Shown here piece after piece: positions 8,604-15,950 of a DNA stretch of 64,000 nt. Position numbers and translations under genes: made by a program. The stretch lies in the NCBI GenBank assembly GCA_945890715.1, contig CAMDCX010000005.1:2478-66477 (forward strand). Reading direction: 5' to 3'. This stretch comes from PVC group bacterium. GTDB lineage: Bacteria > Verrucomicrobiota > Kiritimatiellia > CAIKKV01 > CAITUY01. Every line of letters starts with the position of its first letter. Positions within the stretch are counted from its first letter, which is position 1. The notes below the pieces were generated by a model. That model was given only the letters and a program-made list of their open reading frames with translations. It was not told the DNA's origin and ran no database searches.

Positions 8604-9452
8604 TTACGGCTTGCCGCGTGGCGTTTTGCCGAAGGCATCGCGGTAAACGTGGTGGAAGTGCCGTGTGTCGGGCATGCCGACACAAACGGCAATATCGGAG
8701 ACCGATAGGTCGGGTTGGGTTGCAAGCAACGCGCGGGCCTGCGCAAGCCGGACATCCAGGACAAATCTCTTGGGCGACATGCCCGTGCATTCTCGGAAGA
8801 GCTGACGGAAGCGCCCCGTAGAAAGATTGCAAAGTTGAGCCATTCGTGTGACCGTCCATGCGGCGGCACAGTTCTCCCGTACCCTGCCAAGGATACGGGT
8901 AATCCTGATATCCTGTTTCACGGGCATTGCACGCAGCCTGTTGCCATGCGTCAGTTGCTCATAGAGAAGCCAGGTGACCACCTGTTGGAAAAAGGGCTTT
9001 CCCATCGGATGGGAGCAGCCGAGAAGGTGCGTACAAGTGGCCAGCTTCTTGAACCAGAGCGCCTTGTCCGCGAGAACGCCAAAGGGGGTTGCGAGCTTGT
9101 CGAAGAAGCGATGCCCATTTGCGTCGACGGCATGCAGATGCAGGGCGAACACCTCGTAGGAGTCGGTGCCATCAGCCATGGTGACGCCGTGCCGTTGCCC
9201 GGCGGAGACCATGATGAAGTGGCCGGGTCCGACATCGCGGGACACGTCTCCGACCGTGCAGCGCAGGCTCCCCTTGCGCGGCACATAAATAAAATCATCC
9301 GGGATGATACGGCTGTCGGGAATCGTCTTGAACTCATCGCTCTCGTATAGCAGGCAGGAGAGCGGCAGGATCTCAATCGCGCCAAACAAGTCCGTGATCG
9401 CCTCACGGTCTTCCGCTGTAAGAAATTCGGGCAAAGCTGATGCTATTTTCAT
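8604..9452 (-). CDS. AraC-family transcriptional regulator (cupin sensor plus HTH)
   Basis: 282 aa. The C-terminal part (...WTVTRMAQLCNLSTGRFRQLFRECTGMSPKRFVLDVRLAQARALL...SDIAVCVGMPDTRHFHHVYRDAFG) is the AraC HTH signature. Confidence 0.85.
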   Translation of the reverse strand: MKIASALPEFLTAEDREAITDLFGAIEILPLSCLLYESDEFKTIPDSRIIPDDFIYVPRKGSLRCTVGDVSRDVGPGHFIMVSAGQRHGVTMADGTDSYEVFALHLHAVDANGHRFFDKLATPFGVLADKALWFKKLATCTHLLGCSHPMGKPFFQQVVTWLLYEQLTHGNRLRAMPVKQDIRITRILGRVRENCAAAWTVTRMAQLCNLSTGRFRQLFRECTGMSPKRFVLDVRLAQARALLATQPDLSVSDIAVCVGMPDTRHFHHVYRDAFGKTPRGKP

Positions 9453-9606
9453 GCCGATTTTTACAACAATGGCGGGCTGTGGTCAATCGGGGAACAACGG
9501 GAACAACGGGGAACAAGGTGACAGGCTATTAGTATAGAAATACATTTACATACGTATAGATTGTGCTAGTCTTTCCACAGTTGGGGAGGAACCCCGGGAG
9601 GTGACT

Positions 9607-9765
9607 ATGCGTAAGGCTAGGATTGTTGAGGTAATGGCGGCGTACTATCACGTGGTGTCACGAGTGGTGGGGCGGGAACGTCTGTTCGACGCGGCGGAGG
9701 AGCGGGAACGGTTCACCAAGACCATGAGGCAGGTGCAAGGGGGGCGTGATAAGTATGAAGGATGA
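9607..9765 (+). pseudogene. Y1 transposase-like (IS200/REP-associated tyrosine transposase type), N-terminal fragment
   Basis: A 52-codon ORF, MRKARIVEVMAAYYHVVSRVVGRERLFDAAEERERFTKTMRQVQG..., below the ORF-track cutoff. It parallels the second copy at 12222. There is no HUH motif or catalytic Tyr. Confidence 0.6.
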
Positions 9766-9810
9766 ATTATGAAGGATGAATTATGAAGGAGGAATTATGA
9801 GGGATGAAAA
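9755..9810 (+). repeat. Four tandem copies of a 14-bp unit, ATGAAGGATGAATT
   Basis: Read directly: ATGAAGGATGAATT, ATGAAGGATGAATT, ATGAAGGAGGAATT, ATGAGGGATGAAAA. Each unit carries an SD-like AAGGA and an ATG. The last SD (AAGGAGG) precedes the ATG at 9797. Confidence 0.9.
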
Positions 9811-10144
9811 GCCCGAGGATTTAAGACCGCGTACCAAGAGGTTTGCGCTCGACGTGATTCGCCTGTATGCAACATTGCCAAAATCAACAGAAGCGCAGGT
9901 GTTGGGGCGGCAAGTATTGAGGTCTGGTACATCTGTGGGCGCGAATTATCGTGAGGCTTATCGGTCCCGATCCAAAGTCGAATTCATTGCGAAAATTGGA
10001 GATTGTCTCAAGGAACTTGAGGAGTCCGGTTATTGGTTTGAACTACTTGCCGAGAGTGCCATGATGGATGCGTCTAAAATGCTGGGCATTCGAGATGAAT
10101 GTAATCAACTTCTAGCCATTATGACCACAATTTCAAAGAAATAA
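9797..10144 (+). CDS. Four-helix-bundle protein (23S rRNA intervening-sequence protein / Avd family, TIGR02436-like)
   Basis: 115 aa. Contains ...RFALDVIRLYATLPKSTEAQVLGRQVLRSGTSVGANYREAYRSRSKVEFIAKIGDCLKELEESGYWFELL..., the signature of this family. A strong SD (AAGGAGG) lies 4 nt upstream. The gene is visibly AT-richer than its surroundings (GC not computed). Confidence 0.85.
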   Translation: MRDEKPEDLRPRTKRFALDVIRLYATLPKSTEAQVLGRQVLRSGTSVGANYREAYRSRSKVEFIAKIGDCLKELEESGYWFELLAESAMMDASKMLGIRDECNQLLAIMTTISKK

Positions 10145-10162
10145 AAAGCAGGGCTTTCATAA

Positions 10163-10185
10163 TTCATAATTCATCCTTCATCCTT
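10163..10185. repeat. Inverted-repeat partner of 9751-9773, closing the four-helix-bundle cassette
   Basis: The reverse complement of 10163-10185 is AAGGATGAAGGATGAATTATGAA; 9751-9773 reads AAGTATGAAGGATGAATTATGAA (22/23 match). The arms enclose 389 bp. Confidence 0.85.
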
Positions 10186-10438
10186 GCTGAAGGGGGTGAT
10201 GGCGGCGAGAGGGAAGTTATCATTGAACGAGATCCTGCGATGCCGGGTGAGATACTTTACGGATGGGGTGATTCTGGGGAGTCGGGTGTTTGTTGAAGAC
10301 CAGTACCGCAAGCGTCGTGGCCTGTTCAGCGAGAAGCGCGAAACGGGTGCGCGTCCGATGAAAGGTGCGGAGTATGGGGGACTGTGTACGGTTCGTCAGC
10401 TTCGGGTGGATGTCTATGGTCATGGCGCGCCGGCGTAG
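10184..10438 (+). pseudogene. Y1 transposase-like protein, C-terminal fragment
   Basis: Contains ...GKLSLNEILRCRVRYFTDGVILGSRVFVEDQYRKRRGLFSEKRETGARPMKGAEYGGLCTVRQLRVDVYG.... It is homologous to the fragment at 14475-14654. It begins exactly at the end of the inverted repeat. Confidence 0.6.
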
Positions 10439-10700
10439 TGGGTAGGGGTTGGAAAATCCGGCAGGGCAGGGCGGATCTCATGCGGCTGGTAGCCAGAACC
10501 AGTCGCATTGGAGCATTGCGTGTGGCATGCCGATTTGGTGTAATCCTGATAGATTTTAAGCGAGAGTTGGTGGCTGAAGCTGGCCTACTGGTTAATGGAT
10601 CGCTCATAAGGGTGTCCTGATTGAATAACATGATGAAAGATAGCTCGGAAATTCACGGCTTACAGTCTATTAGCCGGTCACCTTGTTCCGGTCTTGTTCC

Positions 10701-10946
10701 ATTATCCAAAGCTTGGATTCGATCTCGACGCAACCCGTGGTCTGGAAGGGCCTGCGTCTTTACGGATGCTGGCATTGGAATCATCTGACCGACACCGAAC
10801 GGATGATGCGCACGATTGCCGGCTCGTCAGAACGGATTGACAAAATGATCACGCATCGCTTTCCGATGGAGAAACTGGGTGATGCGTTCGATCTCCAGGT
10901 ATCCGGTTTATGTGGCAAAGTGATCATCCATCCATGGGAGGCATAA
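10701..10946 (+). pseudogene. Zn-dependent alcohol dehydrogenase paralog, C-terminal fragment
   Basis: ...GLRLYGCWHWNHLTDTERMMRTIAGSSERIDKMITHRFPMEKLGDAFDLQVSGLCGKVIIHP aligns with the C-terminus of the adjacent intact ADH. The N-terminal ~270 codons are missing at the element E1 boundary. Confidence 0.6.
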
Positions 10947-11986
10947 TGAAGACAGTTGCGATTACAGGTAAGCAGAGTTGTAAAATCGTCAAAAAACAGG
11001 TGCCGAAGGCCAAAGATGACTACGTCGTGGTGAAAATTCATACGGCGCCTTTATGCACGGAATACACCGATTACCGCGATGGTTGCACTCGGGCGGAGTT
11101 CAAGCGCGGTGACGAATCGCCGGACTGCCTCGGGCACGAGGCCGCGGGAGAGGTGGTCGAAATTGCCCAACCCGGAAAGGTCAAAGTTGGAGATCGTGTG
11201 GTGGTTATGCCGGGGTTCTGGTGCGGAAAGTGCCGCTTCTGCCTGTCAGGTGAATATATCCATTGCCAGAATCCGCCGAACCCCCTTACCCACTGCGGAT
11301 GCGAGGCGGGAGTTGCCGCGTATGCGGAGTATTGCCTGAAGCAGGACTGGCTGCTGTTGCCGATCCCGGACGGGATGTCTTATGACCATGCGTCCATGGC
11401 TTGCTGTGGCCTCGGGCCCGCGTTCAATTCCATGCAGACCATGGAGGTGTGCGGACACGACACGGTGCTCGTCGCAGGCACGGGACCGGTTGGACTCGGC
11501 GCGGTCATCTGCGCCACCTACCGGGGCGCACGGGTGATCTGCCTGGGACGCAACCCCTATCGCACTAAACTCGCACTGAAACTGGGCGCGGAGGCGGTGC
11601 TGGATCCCCAGGATAAGAACATAAAACAACAGATTTTTGATCTGACAGACGGGGAAGGCGCTTCCAAATCGGTTGAAACCACGGGATACCACCTTTATAT
11701 GGATGTGGTGATGAAGTCCACCCGACGCATGGGACAAGTGGCTATTGTTGGCGAGGGTGGCGAATATCCTCTGCATATCAGTGACGGGCTGATTCGCACC
11801 GGTCTTCAACTCCACGGTATCTGGCATTGGAATCTTGCCGACGCTCCGGACATGATGCGCATGATTGGCCGCGTGGGCGGCAAGCTTGACACGGTGATAA
11901 CTCACCACTTCCCGCTGGATCAGATTGAGAAAGCCTGGCAGTTGCAGATGACCGGGCAGTGCGGCAAAGTCATCATTAACCCCTAA
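10946..11986 (+). CDS. Zinc-dependent medium-chain alcohol/polyol dehydrogenase
   Basis: The ATG at 10946 overlaps the upstream fragment stop (TAATG). Contains GHEAAGEVVE, the structural-Zn Cys cluster CGKCRFCLSGEYIHC and the Rossmann motif VLVAGTGPVGLG. Confidence 0.85.
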   Translation: MKTVAITGKQSCKIVKKQVPKAKDDYVVVKIHTAPLCTEYTDYRDGCTRAEFKRGDESPDCLGHEAAGEVVEIAQPGKVKVGDRVVVMPGFWCGKCRFCLSGEYIHCQNPPNPLTHCGCEAGVAAYAEYCLKQDWLLLPIPDGMSYDHASMACCGLGPAFNSMQTMEVCGHDTVLVAGTGPVGLGAVICATYRGARVICLGRNPYRTKLALKLGAEAVLDPQDKNIKQQIFDLTDGEGASKSVETTGYHLYMDVVMKSTRRMGQVAIVGEGGEYPLHISDGLIRTGLQLHGIWHWNLADAPDMMRMIGRVGGKLDTVITHHFPLDQIEKAWQLQMTGQCGKVIINP

Positions 11987-12010
11987 CGGATAGAACACAG
12001 GAGAGCAGCC

Positions 12011-12136
12011 ATGAGCAAGGAAGAACAATGGGTAACGGTAAAAGGAACGGAAGGGCCGGGCAAAGGCAAGCACATCGTCTTCATCAGCGGTGATGAGGAA
12101 TATCGCTCCGAGGGGCCGCCAGGGACAGGAAAATAG
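12011..12136 (+). pseudogene. ThuA-like domain protein, N-terminal fragment (tentative)
   Basis: A 41-codon ORF, MSKEEQWVTVKGTEGPGKGKHIVFISGDEEYRSEG..., where the ...IVFISGDEEYRSE pattern resembles ThuA-like proteins from memory. It ends where element E2 sequence begins. Confidence 0.35.
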
Positions 12137-12221
12137 TTAAAATAGTTTGAAATATAATAGAGTATAGGTTCGTTATGAGTAGAAGAGGCACCGGGAGGGG
12201 TGCCTGAGGGAGGAGACTCAT

Positions 12222-12386
12222 ATGCGAACAGCGAGAATCGTGGAGGATGGGGCGGCATATTATCATGTGATGTCGCGGGTGGTGGATCGGCGTCGGGTGT
12301 TTGATGAGGGGGAGAAGGAGCTCTTTCGCAAGACGATGCGGGCGGTTGCCGGATGTATAGGCTGGCTGAATTTGGGAAGACGCTGA
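12222..12386 (+). pseudogene. Y1 transposase-like protein, N-terminal fragment (copy 2)
   Basis: MRTARIVEDGAAYYHVMSRVVDRRRVFDEGEKELFRKTMRAVAG... followed by a stop. It shares about 55-60% aa identity with 9607-9765, with many synonymous differences. It is preceded by the hairpin GGCACCgggaggGGTGCC and a GGAGG SD. Confidence 0.6.
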
Positions 12387-12440
12387 AGCAACGGGTAAGT
12401 TTTTCGTATAACGATATGTCACGGGCGAAATACTATCTTC

Positions 12441-12468
12441 CTGGTCTCCCTGGTCTCCTCTGGTCTCC
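12441..12468 (+). repeat. Three tandem copies of a 9-bp unit, CTGGTCTCC
   Basis: Read directly: CTGGTCTCC CTGGTCTCC t CTGGTCTCC. Confidence 0.8.
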
Positions 12469-12561
12469 CTACCCAATTAGGGAATTAAGCAAGGTAGGTT
12501 GAATTCCTGTGATGAAACAGGTAGTGTCCCTGCTTCAACTACTATGTGAAGGAGAACGGCG

Positions 12562-14385
12562 ATGAAAGTGTTACCCCTGTGTGTCATGATGATCGTAATG
12601 GCGACTGTCGGGCTTGGGGCAGTCACACGCTCCGACCTCGCGCCCGCCACGATCAGTGTCCTGCCGGCGCAGGTTTCCATTATCAAGGTGAAGGGAGGGA
12701 ACACCATCGAAGGTGAAATCCTGAAAAACGAAGGATCATCCAACGATGTTGTGATCAAGATCGACACTGGCAAGATCGTCAGCCGCAAGCGTTATCCAAA
12801 ATCAGACATTGTTGAAATCAAGCCTGAAAACCTGGAATTACTTCTGGCCAATGCCATCCGGTCGCTTCACACGCCCCCCAAGACGAACCTCACGGAAAGC
12901 GCCTATGCCGCAACGGTAGCGCTGTGCGATGATTTCCTGGCTCATTGGCCCTCGAGTCAGGAATCCAACTGGATATCGGAGCGACGCAAGGAATTCGCCT
13001 CCGAACAGGAAAAAGGCGTCCGCGGCCTCGAAAAACTGGATGGCGAATGGATGCCGCCGATCAAGGCGTCCGTTAGTCGTTATATTGCAGAAAGCCTTAT
13101 CATCTCCAAGGCCCAGGCCCAATACCCGGGTATTGATAATCCCACCTATACCCAGAATCCTTCGGCAAGGAAATCGTATGAACGGGTTCTGGAGAGACGA
13201 CGAGCCATCGCGCGTCGGCTCCCCTCACTGATGAATGAACGCATCCCGATCCTGCTGGCGGCAAAGGATTTCGATCAGGCCGCCTCTGAAATGGACACCT
13301 TTGTCCGGTTCTGGGTCGAGCGGGTAACCCGCAACCGGATCACTCGCGGCAATGCCGGCAAGGGCGGGGAATCGGAGTTTGCCGAGATGGATTTCTCGGC
13401 CATTATCGCCATGGAAAAGAAAATCATGGCCGCCTATCTGAAAGACCGGAATCCCGCCGAATTGAAACCGCCCGCTAACGTGGATCCTGGCATGGTGTTC
13501 ATTCCTGGAGGCCTGTTCCTGATGGGCCGTGAAAATGCGACCCCGGCGGATTCTGATTTCCCCATGCGGCTGATTCGGGTTAATCCTTTCCTGATTACCC
13601 GCTGTGAGGTTTCTAATGCGGAATACCGCCGGTTTGTCGAGCATGTCAAATCCACCCAGGACTACAGCATGGAGCATCCCGACGCGCCGCCCCTCAAGGA
13701 TCACAAGCCTGACGGCTGGAATACTCCGTCGTTGAGCCGGGATGTCCAGCCGGTAGCCGGGGTCGACTGGTATGACGCCTATGCCTTTGCGAAATGGAAA
13801 GGCATGCGTTTGCCGACCGAGGCGGAATGGGAGCTGGCTGCCCGGGGAACAGATTGCCGGGATTATCCCTGGGGGGCAACTTCCCCCGCGGAATTGGTCG
13901 TAAACAATCCTTCAGGGCGTAGTTATATCGCCGCAGAAATGGATAAACGTGACCCCCCGCCACCCCCTCCGCGTTTTTCCTGCACCCGCCAGGAACCGAG
14001 GCCTCCCCGGGTTCTTCCGGTCGAGACTTGGGATGTCACCCAAGGCGTACCTCAGGAGTTGTTGGGCGGACTCTTCACGATGGACTCGGCGGGCACCCCG
14101 TATGGCTTGCTGCATATGGCCGGAAATGTGGCGGAATGGGTTCAGGACTGGTTCGATCCCGATGCCTATTGTGTCATGAGCCAGGACAACCCGGTTCATG
14201 TCAACAAAGGGCAATGGCATATCTATCGCGGCGGTTCCTACTTGAGCCCGGATGCCGAACTGAGAACCACGGCCAGAGGTAACGGCACCCCTCCCTATTT
14301 CAACAAGGGTTGCCAACCCGGTTCAGGCATCCCGATCATCGGGTTCCGGTGCGTCAAGGATATCCCGTCCGCGCCCGGAAAATAG
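12562..14385 (+). CDS. Secreted protein with a C-terminal formylglycine-generating-enzyme (FGE-sulfatase/SUMF1) domain
   Basis: 607 aa with an N-terminal signal or TM segment. The C-terminal ~290 aa contain ...MVFIPGGLFLMG...RCEVSNAEYRRFV...PVAGVDWYDAYAFAKWKGMRLPTEAEWELAARG...HMAGNVAEWVQDW...YRGGSY...GFRCV. The domain is interrupted by a Pro-rich insert (DPPPPPPRF...). Confidence 0.8.
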   Translation: MKVLPLCVMMIVMATVGLGAVTRSDLAPATISVLPAQVSIIKVKGGNTIEGEILKNEGSSNDVVIKIDTGKIVSRKRYPKSDIVEIKPENLELLLANAIRSLHTPPKTNLTESAYAATVALCDDFLAHWPSSQESNWISERRKEFASEQEKGVRGLEKLDGEWMPPIKASVSRYIAESLIISKAQAQYPGIDNPTYTQNPSARKSYERVLERRRAIARRLPSLMNERIPILLAAKDFDQAASEMDTFVRFWVERVTRNRITRGNAGKGGESEFAEMDFSAIIAMEKKIMAAYLKDRNPAELKPPANVDPGMVFIPGGLFLMGRENATPADSDFPMRLIRVNPFLITRCEVSNAEYRRFVEHVKSTQDYSMEHPDAPPLKDHKPDGWNTPSLSRDVQPVAGVDWYDAYAFAKWKGMRLPTEAEWELAARGTDCRDYPWGATSPAELVVNNPSGRSYIAAEMDKRDPPPPPPRFSCTRQEPRPPRVLPVETWDVTQGVPQELLGGLFTMDSAGTPYGLLHMAGNVAEWVQDWFDPDAYCVMSQDNPVHVNKGQWHIYRGGSYLSPDAELRTTARGNGTPPYFNKGCQPGSGIPIIGFRCVKDIPSAPGK

Positions 14386-14474
14386 CGTCGTCGGGGTTTT
14401 GCATTCACGGGCGCTAGGAAGGCGCAATGAATCACTACTCCTCTTGTTTGCAGGTATAGAGGGCGGAGTGATAG

Positions 14475-14654
14475 CGACCTCGGATCTCCTTGGGGAGCCG
14501 GGCGTTTGTGGAGGAAGCGTTTTTGAGACACCGGGCGCATTTTAGCACGAAACGGGATGAGGGAGCCAAGCCGATGAAGGGTGGGGAATGGGGAGATCTG
14601 TTTACCGCCCGACAGTTGCGAGTGGATATTGTGGGGTTCCCGGCACCTGCGTAA
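14475..14654 (+). pseudogene. Y1 transposase-like protein, C-terminal fragment (copy 2)
   Basis: Hand translation gives ...ISLGSRAFVEEAFLRHRAHFSTKRDEGAKPMKGGEWGDLFTARQLRVDIVGFPAPA*. This aligns with the end of 10184-10438. It is not in the ORF track (an in-frame stop lies immediately upstream, so no long ORF forms). Confidence 0.55.
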
Positions 14655-14769
14655 CGGGGGTGGTGGCGGATATCAGGATGAATCCGGTCGGCACTTCACG
14701 CCCGCCGTCATCCGGTATTGTGTTGGGATGGCTGATTTGGTCTATTTGCATCCAGTCTCCTTCCCTCCT

Positions 14770-14924
14770 TCCTGGTGGTCAGAAATGTACCCAGCGACGA
14801 AATCCGACGGCTTGCCGTGGCCCGGGGAATGGAGACCTTGCGGCATAATGCCTGGCAAGTCGCTATGGAAGGAATTACCACCGTTGAGGAAGTCCTGCGC
14901 GTCACTCCCGGCGAACGAACTTGA
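14770..14924 (+). pseudogene. GspE/PilB-type secretion ATPase, extreme C-terminal fragment
   Basis: Hand translation gives ...VPSDEIRRLAVARGMETLRHNAWQVAMEGITTVEEVLRVTPGERT*, matching the conserved tail (G.TT.EEVLRVT) of type II/IV secretion ATPases. The rest of the gene is absent. Confidence 0.45.
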
Positions 14925-14957
14925 TTTTCCGCGAAATGGGGACTAAGGAGTAGGGAC

Positions 14958-15950
14958 ATGAACCCTTCCAGAATAGTCGACATGGCCAGCCGTTTCTACG
15001 ATTCGTGCGTTCTGTTTACAGCCTCCGATCTGGGTATTTTCGGAAAACTTTCCGAACTTAAACAGGCAGATGCCGAAACACTCGCCTCTGCCTGCGGCAT
15101 CAACATCCGTGGTGCCACACTCATTTTGGACGCCTGCGTCGCACTGGGGTTGCTTGCCAAGGACGATTCACTCTACACCAATACACCGGAATCAGCCCTT
15201 TTTCTGGTGCCCGGCTCCCCCGCCGACCTGTCAAAAGCCATTCGCTACAATCGCGATGTTTATCCCGCATGGGGACAACTGTCCGAACTCATCAAAACGG
15301 GCCGCCCCGTCGAACGCCCCGAAATCCACCTTGGCGAGGACAAGGATCGCACCCGCAATTTCGTTCTTTCAATGCATGGCCGGGCCATGGGTATCGGCCG
15401 GACAGTTGTCCCTCTTCTCGACCTTAAGGGGCGAAAAACACTTTTCGACGTCGGTGGCGGCCCCGGCACTTACTCAACGCTCATCGCAAAGGCAAATCCG
15501 GAAATTCACTGTACCGTTCTCGATCTTCCGGAAGTTGTAAAAATCGCCGATGAACTGATCCAGGCCGCAGGAATTCAGGGCCGGGTGAAAACCTTGCCGG
15601 GCGATTACCACACCACACCCTTCCCAAAGAACAATGACGTTGTGATATTTTTCGGCATGTTGCATCAGGAGTCACCTGATTCCATCTCGGATTTATTCCG
15701 CCACGCCTATGAATCACTGGTCCCCGGTGGAGTTGTCTACATTCTCGATATGATGACCGATGCCACCCACACCCAGCCGAAGTTTTCCGCTCTGTTTGCC
15801 TTAAACATGGCCCTCACCACTCAAAACGGCTGGGTATTCTCCGATCAGGAACTGGCCCGCTGGCTGAGCGATGCCGGATTCACCGATTTTACCTGCAGCC
15901 CCTTGCCGCCGCCGATGCCCCACTGGCTGGCCTCAGGACGAAAAATATGA
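14958..15950 (+). CDS. Family-2 SAM-dependent O-methyltransferase with N-terminal dimerisation domain (BzaC-like candidate)
   Basis: 330 aa with the SAM motif [12 protein letters not shown] and the winged-helix dimerisation N-terminus typical of COMT/BchU/CrtF/BzaC-type OMTs. It overlaps cobT by 4 nt (ATGA). Confidence 0.8.
   Translation: MNPSRIVDMASRFYDSCVLFTASDLGIFGKLSELKQADAETLASACGINIRGATLILDACVALGLLAKDDSLYTNTPESALFLVPGSPADLSKAIRYNRDVYPAWGQLSELIKTGRPVERPEIHLGEDKDRTRNFVLSMHGRAMGIGRTVVPLLDLKGRKTLFDVGGGPGTYSTLIAKANPEIHCTVLDLPEVVKIADELIQAAGIQGRVKTLPGDYHTTPFPKNNDVVIFFGMLHQESPDSISDLFRHAYESLVPGGVVYILDMMTDATHTQPKFSALFALNMALTTQNGWVFSDQELARWLSDAGFTDFTCSPLPPPMPHWLASGRKI

Larger units (their letters stand above)
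9489..10700. mobile_element. REP/TIR-bounded remnant of a Y1 (IS200/RAYT-like) element carrying a four-helix-bundle gene (element E1)
   Basis: The left end at 9510-9535 is GGAACAAGGTGACAGGCTATTAGTAT. The inverted right end at 10664-10689 reads GGAACAAGGTGACCGGCTAATAGACT (22/26 match). Extra subterminal GGGAACAAC copies lie at 9489-9507 and a GGTCTTGTTCC copy at 10690-10700. The interior holds N- and C-terminal transposase-like fragments and a passenger gene. Confidence 0.55.
12122..14750. mobile_element. Second, diverged Y1/RAYT-derived element (E2) with an FGE-domain passenger gene; ends poorly defined
   Basis: N-terminal (12222-12386) and C-terminal (14475-14654) transposase-like fragments bracket a 607-aa gene. 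There are weak end matches to E1: GGGACAGGAAAATAGT at 12122-12137 versus GGTGACAGGCTATTAGT, and GGTCTATTTGCA at 14739-14750 versus AGTCTATTAGCC. Flanking host genes are truncated. Confidence 0.4.

Noticed and set aside
8278-8890. Several ORFs (8278..8646, 8292..8708, 8456..8821, 8515..8859, 8525..8890) lie around the AraC gene 3' end.
   Set aside because: They are overlapping alternative frames of the AraC HTH region and the intergenic spacer. The AraC frame alone carries a clear family signature.
9489-10700. The Avd-like four-helix-bundle gene might be part of a diversity-generating retroelement.
   Set aside because: No reverse transcriptase ORF is present anywhere in the window, and I could not find a template-repeat/variable-repeat pair with adenine-specific differences.
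12084-12788. The minus-strand ORFs 12084..12476 and 12477..12788 might be real genes between the ADH and the FGE gene.
   Set aside because: They run antisense across the transposase-like N-terminal fragment and the FGE signal peptide. They lack start context and have no recognisable features.
12386-14475. There are intron-like boundaries around the E2 passenger region (…ACGG|GTAAGT… at ~12395 and …TTGTTTGCAG|GT… at ~14450).
   Set aside because: These resemble eukaryotic spliceosomal consensus only by chance. This is bacterial sequence, there are no group I/II intron structures (no GUGYG...AY ends, no maturase/RT), and the E1 copy lacks equivalent motifs.
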